From positions 29,388,001 to 29,452,000 of the forward strand of contig NC_090336.1 in the NCBI RefSeq assembly GCF_035084215.1: a stretch of DNA of 64,000 bases, written 5' to 3'. This DNA comes from Heptranchias perlo. Lineage: Eukaryota. Positions within the stretch are counted from its first letter, which is position 1. Each line of letters begins with the position of its first letter. The position numbers and the translations under genes were made by a program. Below are positions 33,882 through 47,900 of the stretch, one piece after another. The notes beneath the pieces are model-generated. The model ran no database searches. It worked only from the letters and a program-made list of their open reading frames with translations, and had not been told where the DNA came from.

Positions 33882-34503
33882 CGTGGAAATCAATGTGTCA
33901 GTTGTCCACCTCTGCAGAAGGTCAGCTATGTTACCCGGACTTCAAGGGTTAAGTTACGGGTTAAAATAAGTTAAGGGTTAGAATGATACTTGGACTTCAA
34001 GGGTTAAGTTACGAGGAGAGATTACACAAATTGGGGTTGTATTCTTTCGAGTTTCAAAGGTTAAGGGGTGATCTGATCGAAGTTTATAAGATATTAAAGG
34101 GAACAGATAGGGTGGATAGAGAGAAACTATTTCCGCTGGTTGGGGATTCTAGGAGTAGGGGGCACAGTCTAAAAATTAGAGCCAGACCTTTCAGGAGTGA
34201 GATTAGAAAACATTTCTACACACAAAGGGTGGTAGAAGTTTGGAACTCTCTTCCGCAAACGGCAATTGATACTAACTCAATGGCTAAATTTAAATGTAAG
34301 ATAGATAGCTTTTTGGCAACCAAAAGTATTAAGGGATATGGGCCAAAGGCAGGTATATGGAGCTAGATCACAGATCAGCCATGATCTTATCAAATGGCGG
34401 AGCAGGCACGAGGGGCTGAATGGCCTACTCCTGTTCCTATGTTGAGAAGAACAGTGTTTGGGATGTAGGGGGCAGCAATGTACTGGCCAGACTTGTGCAT
34501 AAC
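33882..34503 (-). pseudogene. Dioxygenase exon 6, split by a CR1 insertion
   Basis: tag|VMHKSGQYIAAPYIPNTVLLNI [CR1] NIADLLQRWTTDTLIST|gtgcga. Confidence 0.9.
33933..34436 (+). mobile_element. CR1 3' fragment inserted in dioxygenase exon 6
   Basis: ORF 33983..34366. CTATGTT is duplicated at 33926-33932 and 34437-34443. Confidence 0.92.
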
Positions 34504-34604
34504 CTAAAATACAGATGTTGTAAAGTGTTAAACACCACCAGCAGTCACATTAAATAACATCTCTTGTTTATATTTCCACCCCCACCCCCAACACTCTTCC
34601 ATTT

Positions 34605-34925
34605 TTATTCTCTTCTCCTGAAGAACCAATTCATGCTCGGGCACTGGCAGCCCTCTGGTACCTTGCCCAAAGTGGCCATCTTTCATGCATTGAACCTTAA
34701 CAGTGAGTATTGGCAGACTAGTCAACTCATCATGGCTGAGTCTAATCCTGTCATGACCTGACATCCCCACACATGCAGTTTCCTACAGAGGTCACTGGAT
34801 ATGATCAGGGGCAGGAACCTTTGCTGATTTTGTTTCTAGCTCTAGGTTCTATGTCTAGCTGTGGTGCCTCAGTTAACTGAACACAAACTGGGAATTGAAC
34901 CTGAGACTTTCCTGGTCTTTTCCTT
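34605..34925 (-). mobile_element. LF-SINE-like element
   Basis: Reverse-complement similarity to 15610-16000 (GTACCTTGCCCAAAGTGGCCAT, GGTCACTGGAT..GATCAGG, GGAATTGAACCTG). Confidence 0.6.
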
Positions 34926-35391
34926 ATCAGCTTCATCTTTTCAGCTATATCCTGGTCGCTTATAAGTCATCAGTTCCTAACTGTAACTGAGTGATTTCAA
35001 TCAACACAATGAAAATAGAAAGAGACACAAAGAATGCTTATCTTGGCTGCGAGTATTAATGTAATAATTCAAGAAGCCACAGGGTGATTAATCTTGTTGG
35101 GGCAGCACTGCCTGTCAAATCATATCTTTTATTATGAACATATCCAATTTGAGCAGAAAACAAAAAGATTGTTACAAAATAAACGTGCTGGCATGGAGAA
35201 TAGGTGCTCAATATGGGCAGTACTGTAAATGTATATACTAAAGCACAAATGCATCATACTTGAGTACGTTACCATCAAAAGATGCAGCTTAATGGACAAG
35301 GTTTGGGAAGGTGCTTTAGTAATTCCTTGTAACACAAATAGAAAACAATTAAATCTGAAAGAAGGATCACACTGTAGAGATTTACGTTTAC

Positions 35392-35535
35392 CTCTAAACC
35401 TGCACTCTTATCTCGGAAGAGTAAAGTGAATGTTCCATAATCGGAATGCTCTCCACATCGGACCTGATGTTCCTTCAGAGGATTTCTGTATTGGTGGATA
35501 ATACAGAATGTGAAGGGTTGTAGGATTTTGATTAC
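35392..35535 (-). pseudogene. Dioxygenase exon 5 (HxD iron ligands)
   Basis: NQNPTTLHILYYPPIQKS[frameshift]LKEHQVRCGEHSDYGTFTLLFRDKSAGLE|gtaaac. Confidence 0.9.
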
Positions 35536-35791
35536 CTTTCAGACATTGCACAAATCGACTATAATGATCTACATTTATTTTATCCTTTCCATGCTTCTGC
35601 ATAGCAGATGAGGTATCCTATGTGAAGGACAATCTCCAAGCAGTTTTATATAAATACTAATAAATCTCCTCTGGCATAGCATGGAGAATTATTTTTTTTT
35701 TTAAAAAGCACATACATGAATGTGTTTCTCACCCATTGTAGTTACAAAAAGAAATAAATCCATACCCTTAAATTAGGCCAGTTAACATTAT

Positions 35792-38700
35792 GGGCTCGAT
35801 TTTCGCACCCGTGATCGGGTGCGTTCGTGGCGGGGGGGGGGCTGCGAGAATCCGGGATTCCCGGGGTGGGTCGAGAGCCCGGCTCCAACCCGCCCATTTC
35901 CGGGTTCCCCAGTGACGCGCTCACATGCGCACGCAGCCCCCGCATGTGGGACTCCCGCCAATTAAAGCCGGCGGGGTGCCACTTAAAGTACTTAAACAGG
36001 TACTTCAGGTTGTTTACAGACCTGATTGACCTGATATTTTAGGAGGGATGGGATTTTGAAATTAACTGAGACTGTTTCCTGTACTGGGGGAAACACTCCC
36101 AATTCAAATGGACGTGTTGCAGCCATCAGCCTGTTGACCCTCACTCATTGCAGGAGGCCACTCTGTCACTTTGGACAAAGTTTGGCCTCCACCACCCTCC
36201 TCCTAACAATAAAATTCACCAACTTGCACACTTACCCCAGTGTCCAGACACATGTACCTACCTTGCGGACCCCCTCAGATGTACATCTTCTGGATGGGGG
36301 CCGCCGTAGCTGCAGTCATGGCCTCCTCGGAGGGCGAACAGCATCACCAGCCTCGCCGGTCAAGCCGTCCACCTCTGACACGTGGAGCTCCACAACACAG
36401 TGCTGTGACACATCCACCTGCACAGCAGGAGGGAGGGCAACCGCAGAGAGAGATGCGTCGCAGAGGGCACTACCCTCGCCACAGGGTCTATAGACCGAGA
36501 CTCAGCTTCCTGGACCTCTGAGCAGTAGTGCACACGGAGGCTCAGAGTCACTCGACATGTAGTCGTGGACATCTGCAGCCTCCTTCATGCCGAGCTGCTC
36601 CCGGCTGGCCCGAGCACCATCTTCTTACCTGTCGCTGTCAAAGTCACCACTGCCCTCAACAAATTCTCCTCCACATCCTTCCAGGGTGCCACCGGGGACA
36701 TCGCCGACGTCTCTCAGTCGTCTGCACAAAAGAGCCCTGCAAATACACCTACACCCACTTTGCAGTGACACAGTGGGTGGCATCAAGTGTGCGTGTTCAT
36801 GGTGAACCCCATGAAAGGGACCTACTCCACAAGCCAGTCAAGAATGGGCAAGACGTGGCAGTAGTGGTGATAATAATAAGATTTATTGTGCATGTGAATT
36901 AAACAAATATAAATAAAAAACATGACAAATCGTCAGACACCCTTGTGCATTCCCTTTGTGCTCACAAAACCTTCACCTTACGTTTCCGGGAACCCCTACG
37001 TGGTGCTACCCCTGTGGCTTCAGCAGAGGTAGTGGCAGGTTGCTCTTGTCCATGCCCTGACCGATGAAATGCTTTGTGCCAACGCCCTCTGGGTTTGGGT
37101 GCCCATGAGGGCCCCTCCAAAGACTGCTACACCTGCACCTGTGCAGGGGCAGACTCGGCCACCTGGAGAGGGGGCAGCATTGCGGGTACTGGTTGAAAGG
37201 GGGCAACGGGTGAGACGTGGGAGCGCTTTGAGTGGCGTCCCCACTTCCATGTCCCCTTTCACCATCATCCCTCGCGTGGCCCAGGCCCAGATCACTCCTT
37301 CCACCCTGCTGGACGGCAGTTTGGAGGACTTGTGTGAGGCCTTGGAAGGGCATTTGTAAAGTATCTGTCAGACTGTTCAAGACGGCAGAATGTTGCTCAC
37401 CCTGAATCCGAACGGCCGTTGTCAGGGCCTGAATGGACTCATTGTTGAGCCGTGCTTGACGCTCGAGGGAGGCTAGCCTTTCCTCCATCGCAAACATTCC
37501 CACACCTACCCGCGACACTATCTCAGAGATACCTTCACGTCCCTGCCACACTATCTCGGAGATACTCTCCTGTACCAGTGCCACCATTCCCCTCATGCAG
37601 GAGTTGGACTCCTCAATCCTCTGCGCGATTGTGGAGAGTGCGCGTGGCACCTGTTCCAGCGCTTTGGCAACGTGATGCTGCCCCTCGACGACTCTCCTTC
37701 TCGCGGCTGGCCCCCAGAGTTCAGCATCTGGGTCCAGCTGAGCAGAGCCTGGAGAAGAGTGCTCCCACCGACGCGGACTCTCCACGGCTGCCCCGCCACC
37801 AGGGTCTGTTCGTGCTTACATGTGCGTGGTAACTCACCATGTGCAAGCCCAACTAAGTGAGGACGGGGACCCACCGAGGTGTGAGTATCTGCGCTGGTGG
37901 ATGGCTGGCTCCGATGTGAAGATGCCCCCTCGCAGGCCGGCAGGTCCTCTGAGGAATCGCCCTCCACAGTCACGGTGGTCGCAGATGGCCCTGCAAGAGA
38001 ACAGAAAGCAATATTAGGCATGTGGACAGATTTTGAGGTGCTGCAGATGCCAAGTGATGCTAAGATCATTCGCTATCATGAGTGCTGAGCGTTAGCTTTC
38101 TGTCACCGGCCGCTTGTGCAATCCCAGCCTCGGCATCCACCACGGACAGGCACTCCAGCATGCGGCTGATCTCCAATGCCTGCTGCTCTGCGTCCGTTAG
38201 GACCACCTGGTGTGGCGGGCCCCCTCCGGTCCGTGCCTTCTCCCGGGCATTCTAGCATCTCTTCTCCTATCAAGGCAAAACACAGAGGAGTGATTGAGTG
38301 ATGGTTGCATGGTGAGCCACTGCATGTGTTGGTGTGGGTGGGGTAGAGCGTGAGGGAGATGCATGGGAGGGTGCGTGTGCAACATAGCCATGATATTGTA
38401 CGAGGATTGGGTTGCGAGGTAGTGTTCGAATGGGGACAGGGGCAGTGAGTGCGTGCAGGCAAGGTGAGGATGATGGTTGAGTGGATGTGAGGAGTGATGT
38501 GAGAGTGTTGTGGTGGCAGTGCAGAAGAGGTTGTGTGGTGGTGGAGGTGATGTGGAAGATGGAGTGTGGGAGAATGCGCAAGTATTCTCACTTTGGCTGA
38601 CTTGGTTAGGTCATTAAAGCGCTTCCTGCACTGGACCCAGGTTCGTGGCACATTGCCACAGCTGGTGACCTCGGCCACCTCCAGCCAGGCCTTCTTCGTG

Positions 38701-39087
38701 GTGGAGGGAGGGACCTTCCTCCCATCAGATGGGAAAAAGATTTCGTTCTTCCTCCTCACCCCATTGAGCAGCAGCTGGAGTGAGGAGTCTGAAAATCTTG
38801 GGGCAGCCTTCCCTCTGGCCTGCTCCATGGTTCAGCATTGGTTGTTTGCTGCAGGAGGAGCATTCGTGGACTGCCCCTTTAAATAGGACTCCTCCAGCTG
38901 ACAGACCTTACTGCGCATGTGCAGTCCGCCCGCCGCGCAGCTTACCAGCGGGGATCCCGGAAACAAAGGTACGTGGCTCCAGTTAGCCTGCGATTGCATG
39001 CGGAGCGCACTGATTTCACCGGGCACGTTACCCACACGCCCAGTCGACCCCCTGCTGAGAACCCACCGCCCTGCTAATATCGAGCCC
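35792..39087. mobile_element. PIF/Harbinger transposon with both TIRs and TAT TSD; internally deleted transposase (+, ~36289-36730) and spliced Myb/SANT gene (-, 38828 to ~37006)
   Basis: TIRs GGGCTCGATTTTCGCA and TGCTAATATCGAGCCC. TAT at 35789-35791 and 39088-39090. RVYRPRLSFLDL and LPVAVKVTTALN on plus; AW..VA...WVQCRKRFNDL on minus. Confidence 0.92.
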
Positions 39088-40552
39088 TATGTTTCTGCTC
39101 GTTCCAATCCTATACTCATACCGTGTGCTATGCTTGCCTCCATACAGGCCTGTGTACATAGGTGTCCTTATAAATTAACTACTATTATCATGTAGATCAA
39201 TCCTCTCATGCATTGGCATTCTCAAGGGCCGATTTTAAATCCAGACTGGTTTTGAGCAGGTGAGCAGCGGTGAGTTAAAAACTAACCTGCTGCTCAAGGA
39301 ATGAGGTCAGAGGTATTTTAATGCCTGGGCCTCATTTAAATCATGCCGGCCGACTTCCCACCTGTTCCAGGCGGGACGTGGTGGAAAATCACATGGTGCC
39401 GACAGCAGGTAGGTTGCGGGAGCAGCTCCAGGGGCAGTCTCATTGAGATCCAGTGTTGGGGAGGGGGGTGAGTCGGTGGCAGTGGAGGCCTAAGCTTTCC
39501 TCCTAGCTCCACAATGGAAGTAAAAAAAAAAGTTAAAAATCTTACCTGTTTCTACCTCTTTTGGGCCTGGATCCTCTTTCCTGCTATCTTCAGTAAAGCC
39601 ACCGTGGCTTCCTGCTCAGGCCACTGAGTTAAAATTGCAGTCAGGTCCTGAACATGCATATGTGAAAAAGGACCCCACTGGATGGGTGTCCTTGCTGCCT
39701 GCTCCATTGAGCAGCTTAGAATCATGAATGGTCAGATCCCAGCAGCTCCAGGGCAGTAATCTGGACTATTTTAACTACCTACTGCCCGATTGCCGCTGGG
39801 CAAGTAAGATTAAAACCGCTTGTGTCTCAGTATCATGTAAGCCTTGGCCTATTTTGTATATCAGACTTGTCATAGTCTAGTTTCAGACACAGAGCTCTGA
39901 GGGGTTGACTTTCAGTTTGCTCTGGATTATTTGGGAAATTCTGGCTGGGATGTGTGTCAGACAGGAGCCTTGTTGTAGTTAGGGAATAATGTTCTGTTGA
40001 AGTTTGGGGTGGAGGGAAGGATCTATCATGGCTGCTAGCTGTGATTTTTTTTTTGTAATTTGATTAGTGATGGGATGACAAATGGAAAAGGAGGATTAGT
40101 TATGTAATGTGATTCTTATTTTTTAAACCATTAACAGCAAAAGAGAAGACGACTTTCTTAATTTGATTTTTCCAGAAGATTGCTACATTATCCAACAAAA
40201 TATCCTAAGTGTAAGTGGGCTAACTATTGCCCTCAGTCTCAGGTTGAGTTTGATGGTGTTTTTATTGGAACAAGATGCTGTCTGGAGTTAGCTCACATTC
40301 TTTAATGTACCTGGCATCTTTAACTACAGAAACCAAAGCTCGATTTCACTATCATTGAAAGAGGTATGTAACCAACACCTACCTAAACACAGATTATCCG
40401 GTTATCACATTGCTATTTGTGGGAGCTTGCTGTGTTTCCTACATTACAACAATGACTACATTTCAAAAGTACTTAATTGGTTGTAAAGTGCTTTGGGACA
40501 TCCTGAGGTCACAAAAGGCATTATATAAATGCAAGTCTTTCTTTCTGCTTAT

Positions 40553-40693
40553 TGCCTATCATTTTGTGCTTGTTAATAAAGAAATCACTCAAGTTCCAGG
40601 CCCAGTGCAATCACTTTCATAATTCAGGCAGACAGCTGCTCACAGACTTTGAAGAAGGATTCCAGACATTTCCTAAACTCAGGATCATCATTT
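40553..40693 (-). pseudogene. Dioxygenase exon 4
   Basis: NDDPEFRKCLESFFKVCEQLSA*IMKVIALGLELE[frameshift]DFFINKHKMIG. Donor reads ATAAG. Confidence 0.8.
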
Positions 40694-40769
40694 CTAAAAA
40701 AAATGCAAGTGAAAACAGCAGGACTTTATTTCAGTAAAGAAAATATGAATTAAAATTATCAGACAAATT

Positions 40770-43700
40770 GTAGAATGGTTACAGCACAGAAGGCTGCCAT
40801 CTGGCCTGTGCCTGCTCTTTGTAAGAGCAATCCAGTTGGTCCCATTCCCCCTCCTCCCCCACGTAGCCCTGCAAATTTTTTCCCTTCAAGTATTTATCCA
40901 ATTCCTTTTTGAAAGCCACAGTTGAATCTGCTTCCACCATCCTTTCAGGCAGTGCATTCGAGATCATAACTGCTCGCTGTGTAAAAACATTTTTCCTCAT
41001 GTCGCCTTTGGTTCTTTTACCAATCACCTTAAATCTGTCCCCGCTGGTTCTTGACCCTTCCACCAATGGGAACAGTTTATCTTTATCTTTCATGATTTTG
41101 AACACTATCAAATTTCTTCTCAACCTTTTCTGCTCTAAGGAGAGCAACCCCAGCTTCTCCAATCTATCCACGTAACTGAAGTCCCTCATCCCAGGAACCA
41201 TTGTAGTAAATCTTTTCTCTAAGGCCTTCACATCCTTCCTAAAGTGCGGTGCACAGAATTGGACACAATACTCCAGTTGTGGCTGAACCAGTGTTTTATA
41301 AATAGTTCAACATAACGTCTGTGCTTTTGTACTCTATGCCTCTATTTAGAAAGCCCAGGATCCCGAATGCATTTTTAAAATCACTTTGTTGACCTGTCCT
41401 GCACTTTCAAAGATTTATGCACTTTTCCCCTCAGGTCTCTGTTCCTGCACCCCCTTTAGAATTGTACCATTTAGTTTATACTGCCAAAATGTATCACTTC
41501 GCAATTTTCTGCATTAAATTTCATTTATCATGTGTCTGTCCATTCCACCAGTCTGTCTCTGTCCTCATGAAGTCTATTACTATCCCCCTCACTGTTCACT
41601 ACACTTCCAAGTTGTGTGTTATCTACACCCAATTCATTAATGTATTATATCAAAAAAAGCAGTGATCCTAGTACTGACTCCTGGGGAACACCACTGTATA
41701 CCTTCCTCCAGTCCAAAAAACAATCGGTCACCAGTACTCTGTTGCCTGTCACTTAACCAATGTTGTAACATGCTGCCACTGCCCCTTTTATTCTGTGGGC
41801 TTCAATTTTGCTGACAAGCCTATTGTGGCACTTTATCAAATGCCTTTTGAAAGTCTAAACACACAACAACAGCATTGCCCTCATCAAAAAACTCAATCAA
41901 TTTAGTTAAACAACAAATCCATGCTGGCTTTCCTTTATTAATCCACATTGTCCAGGTGACTTAATTTTGTCCTGGATTATCGTTTCTAAAAGCTTCCCCA
42001 TCAGAGGTTAAACTGACTGGCCTGTAGTTGCTGGGTTTATCCTTGGACCCTTTTTTGAACAAGGGTTTAACATTTGCAATTCTCTAGTCCTCTGGCACCA
42101 CCCCTGTGTCTAAGGAGGATTGGAAGATTATGGCTGGTACCTCCACAATTTCCACCCTTACTTCCTGCAACTTAAGATGGATTTTATCTGGACTGGGTGA
42201 CTTATCTACTTTAAGTACAGCCAGCCTTTCTAGTACCTCCTGTATTAATTTTTAGCCCATCCAGTACCTCGACTACCTTTTACTGTGACTTTAGCAGCTT
42301 CTTCTTCCTTGGTAAAGACAGATGCAAAGTACTGATTTAATACCTCAGTCATGCCCTCTGCCACCATGTGTAGATCTCCTTTTTGGTCCCTAAATAGGCC
42401 CCATCCCTCTTCTTACTAACTGTATGCCTATAGAAGACATTGGGATTCCCTTTTATGTTAGCTACTAGTCTATTCTCATTCTCAGCCCCTCTTATTTCCG
42501 CTCTCTCGCTCTCACCATCCAGGGACCCTACCTTTCCCCCTCATGGGAATGTACCCAAACCATCTCCTCTTTAAAGGCCACCCATTGGTCAATTACAGTT
42601 TTACCTGTCAATCTGATTCCAATTTACCCGGGTCAGATCAGTTCTCAACCCACTGAAATTGGCACCCCTCCACTTAAGTATTTTTACTCTAGATTGCTCC
42701 TTGTCCTTTTCCATAAGGAATTTAAACCTATTCCTACAATGATCACTGTTCCCTGAATGTTCCTCATGGACAATTGCTCCACTTGACCCACCTCATTCCC
42801 CAGAACTAAATCCAGCAATGCCTCCTTCCTCATTGGGCCAAAAATATACTGATCAAGAAAGTTCTCCTGAACACACTTCAGAAATTCCTCCCCCCTTTAC
42901 AGCATGCACACAATCATATTCCCATTTGGCTACTTGCAGCTGCCCACCTAATACTGCACTGTTTCTTAAGCTAGACCTATCTGTCTCTGCCAATTCTTTG
43001 TGCACCTTGTATCTCCTTTCTAATGCTACATCCTGGTGTCCATCCCCCTGCCAAATTAGTTTAAACCCTCCCCCACAGCACCAGTGAGCCTCCCCATGAG
43101 GACATTGGTCCCATCTCTGTTTAGGTCCAACCCGACCATCTTGAACAGGTCCCAAGAATCTGAGCCCTCCCTCTTACACAGTGTCTCTAGCCATGCATTA
43201 ACCTGCCTTATCATCCTATTTCTGTTATCACTGGCGCATGGCACTAGGAGTAATCCAGAGATTACTACCTTTGAGATCCTGCTTTTTAAACTTTGTCCCT
43301 AGCTCCTGAAACTCTGACCACAGGATCTCATCCCTTTTCTTTCCTATGCCATTGGTACCCACATGGACCACAACTTCTGGCCATTCCCTATCCTTTACCC
43401 TGACACCAGGGAGGCAACACAACATGTCAGTGGTCACAGAAACGCCTGTCTGTACCCCTGACTATCGAGTCCCCTATGACTACTGCATTTCTACACTTCA
43501 CTGTGCCCCCATGCGGTCCTTTGCCCCACAGTGCCATGCTCAGGACTGCACTCCTTTGAGGTGTCGTCACCCTCACTGGTATTCAATGCTGAATACCAAT
43601 TTGAGTGCGCCACACACCCAGAAGATTCCTGCACTGTCTGCCCCTTTCAGATAGCCACCCACTTGCTATCCTGAACTCTGGCTGTGGGGTGACCACCTCC

Positions 43701-43870
43701 TGGAACGTACGATCCAGGAAACCTTCAGCCTCCCTTATGCTCTGCAGTGACTCCAGCTGCCCCTCAAGCTCAGAAACCCTCAGCTTGAGCAACTGGAGGC
43801 ATTTCCTGCACGAAGCATCCTGAAGTTCTCACACGGCACTGGAATTGCAGGCGATGGGTCTCAGTTGCCC
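40770..43870 (-). mobile_element. Old degraded CR1 (ORF1 remnants, internally deleted ORF2)
   Basis: CCLPG, HVGTN, AVGEGLN* and RT C-terminus remnants. Confidence 0.85.
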
Positions 43871-44935
43871 ATCTATTATATTTGGAAACTTTTCTTCCCT
43901 GTATCCCCCCCATACTCCTTTTAGATACTTGATTATTAATTTACTTAGTTTACTTACCCTTTTATTCTGGGTGTCTCAGAGCTCCTCCTCTCTGTTCACT
44001 GGGACACTACTCTGTTCTAGTGAATGGGGCTCCTCCTGGTGCTTAGCCTCACCTCTTGACTCCACTCACTTTCGTACTGATATTTATTTATAGATAATTA
44101 CTTTAGTCAGTTTTGGTTTCTTCGCTTTTTAATAATTTACCACCTCACTCCCCACATTCTCATTCCCAGTCATTCACGATCCACTTTCTGCGACGCCCAC
44201 TCTGTGCTTCACCTCTCATAAGAAACAAAATTAAAAGCAATATTTGCTTTACTAGACTGAAAATTATTTAAATTTCATGGAATTGCTCTCAGTAAGTTGG
44301 AGCCTATACTGTTGCAAGGTGCAGGGTGGGAGTTAGTGGGGAATGGGGAGGGTTGCACATGGCCGTTGAAGGATTTGGAAAGACACTTGTCACAGAATCT
44401 AATCAGACAGTGAAGTATTGGTTCCTGGAAAATAAATGTTTTTCTTCAGCCATATCAGGTGGGTCAATCTTGTGTCTGCATAAATGTCCTGTTGTACAAT
44501 TACTTCTTGTAGCTGTCACACTATTTCTGTAAGTCACACTTGTGCCACATTGTCACTGTTTATTACAAGATTTCCATCACACTTTTGTCACATTTTTCTG
44601 TTGACCTCACATCCCGAGTCCTGCTTCACTTGGTTATCAAAGATGCTTACTCAATGATGCTAACTTATCTTTGAGATCTCCCATCCATCTCCAGCCTAAC
44701 TGGTGCTATGGGGACCAGTTTCAGGACTTAAGACTTCCAGATAAGTAAAAAATATATATTTTTTAAAAAAACATCTTCTCCTCCCCACCTCACCACTATT
44801 CCTGTGACTTCTGTGGCCCCAAATCATTCCTGCAACTGCTACATTGCTAGCTCTTTCCTGCTGTCAGACATACCTCTGGAACACTTCCACCACTATCAGT
44901 TTTCCCCTCTTCCTGCTGTCCAGAATGGTTCTTGA

Positions 44936-47900
44936 TAAGAACACAAGAAATAGGAGCAGGAGTAGGCCATACAGCCCCTCAAGCCTTCACTGCTATTCAA
45001 TAAGATAATGGCTGATCTTTGACCTCAACTCCACTTTCCCGCCCAATCCCCATATCATTTGATTCCCCTAGATTCCAAAAATCTATCGATCTCAGCCTTG
45101 AATGTACTCAATGACTCAGCATCCACAGCCCTCTGGGGTAGAGAATTCCAAAGACTCAACCTTCTGAGTGAAGAAATTTCTCCTCATCTGAGTCCTAAAT
45201 GGCCAACCCCAAATCCTGAGACCATGCCCCTTAGTTCTAAACTCTCCAGCCGAGGCTAACAGCCTCAGTATCTATCCTGGCAAGCCTTCTTAGAATCATG
45301 TTTCAATAAGGTCACCTCATTCTTCTAAAATGAGAGTGTATAGGCCCATTCGACCCAATCTCCTCATAGTACAACCCCCTCATCCCAGGAGTCAATCTAA
45401 TGAACTTTTGTTGCACCCCCTCTAAGGGACGTATATCCCGCCTTAGATAAGGAGACCAAAACTGTACACAGTACTCCAGGTGTGGTCTCACCAAAGCCCT
45501 GTACAATTGCAGCAAGACTTCCTTACTCTTGTACTCCAACCCTCTTGCAATAAAGGCCAACATACCATTTGCCTTTTTAATTGCTTCCTGGACACCCAAT
45601 CCCTCTGAACAATATTTAATAGTTACTCACCATTTAAAAATATTCTGTTTTTCTATTCTTCCTACCAAAGTGAATAACCTTGTTTCCCCATATCATACTC
45701 CATCTGCCATCTTTTTGCCCACTCACTTAACTTGTCTACATCCCTTTGCAGACTCTTTGTGTCCTCCTCACAGCTTACTTTCCCACCTAGGTTTGGATTG
45801 TCAGCAAACTTAGATGAAGGGACTGAGTGTAATGCATCCAATTCATTAATATAGATTGTAAATAGCTGAGGCCCAAGCATTGATCTTTGCGGCACCCCAC
45901 TAGTTACAGCCTGCCAAGCTGAAAATGACCCATTTATTCTTACTTTATTTTCTGTCCGTTAACTAATCCTCTATCCATGCTAATATATTACCTCCAACCC
46001 CATAAGCCCTTATTTTGTGTAACAACCTTGTGGCACCTTATCGAATACCTTTTGAAAATCCAGATATACTACATCCACTGGTTCCCCTTTATCTATCCTG
46101 CTAGTTACATCCTCAAAAAACTAAGATTTGTCAAACACTTTCTTGTTCATAAAAGTATGTTGACTGCCTAATCATATGATTTTCTAAGTGCCCCATTACC
46201 ATGTCCTTATTAACGGATCCCAGCTATTTCCCAACTACTGATGTCAGATTAACTGGCCTATAGTTCCCTGTTTTCTCTCTCCCTCCTTTCTTGAATAGCG
46301 GTCTTACATTTGCTATCTTCTAATTCACTGGGGCAGTTCTAGAATCTAGGAAATTTTGGACGATCACAACCAATGTATCCACTATCTCTGCAGCCACCTC
46401 TTGGAACCCTAGGATGTAGGGCATCAGGCCAGGGGATTTGTCGGCTTTTAGTCCCATTCATTTCTCCAGTACTTTTTCTTTACTAATATTAATTACTTTA
46501 AGTTCCTCACTCTCATTAGCCCCTTGGTTCCCCATTATTTCTGGTATGTTTTTTGTGTCTTCTACTGCGAAGACAGATACAAAATATTTGTTTAACGTCT
46601 CTGCTATTTCCTTATTCCCCATTATAATTTCTCCAGTCTCAGCCTCAGGAACCCACATTTACACTCTCCTTTTTACATCTTTTGTAGAAGCTCTTACAAA
46701 TCTGATTTTATTATTTCTTGCTAGTTTACTCATTCTATCTTCTCTATCAATTTTTTGGTCATCCTTTGCTGGTTTCTAAAACTCCCAACCCTCTGGCTTA
46801 CTACTCTTGGCAACATTATAAACCTCTTAATCTAATACTATCCTTAACTTTTTATTTAAAGTTAGCCACGGATGGATTACTTCCCGTGGAGTTTTTATTT
46901 CTCAATGGAATGTATATTCATTAAGCATTATGAAATATCTCTTTAAATGTTCGCCATTGCTCATCAACCATCATATCTTTTAATCTAATTTCCTAATCAA
47001 CCTTAGCCAACTCGCAATTGGCTTTGTTTAAGTTTAAAGACTCAAGTTTTGGACTTAAGTACATCACTCCCGAACTCAATGGGAAATTCTATCATATTAT
47101 GATCACTCTACCCCAGAGGATCCCTTACTATGAGATTACTAATTAATCCTGTCTCATTACACAAGTCAAATAGACTGTTCCCTTGTTGGTTCCACAATGT
47201 ATTATTTTAGGAAACTGTCTCGAATGCATTCCAGGAACTCGTCCTCCAAACTTCTTTGGCAGTTTGGTTTGCTCAGTCTATGAAGATTAAAGTCCCCCAC
47301 GATCATTGAATTACCTTTATTATAAGCACCTCTTATTTCTTGATTAATACTCTGTCCAACAGTATAACTACTGTTAGGGGGCATATAAACTACATCCATT
47401 AATGTTTTCTGCCCCTTGTTATTTATTATCTCCACCCATACTGATCCTATTTCCTGATCTTCTGAGCCAAGATCCTTTCTCACTACTGTCTTTATCTCAT
47501 CCTTTATTATTAGGGCTACACCCCCACCCTACCACCAGCCCCACTCCCACCCTCCTTTTCCATTTTGTATGTCTTTTCCAAAAGTCAAGTACCCTGGAAT
47601 ATTTAGTTCCCAACCTTGGTCACCTTGCAACCATGTCTCCGTAATGGCTATTAGATCAAACCCATTTATTTCTATTTTGCCATGAATCCATCTTTCTTGT
47701 TACAAATGCCTCATGCATTCAGATAAAGCACCTTGAATTTTAACTTTTTACTATTTTTCCCTAATTTGAACTTATTCACTAATGCACTATTACCGTTAAG
47801 CAGTGTGTTTCAAGAAGAGACAGAGTTTATCTTTACCCAAATCGCTACACTGCTCTATGGCCTTGACTTTTCTCCTTAGATTTATAAATTTACCTTTACT

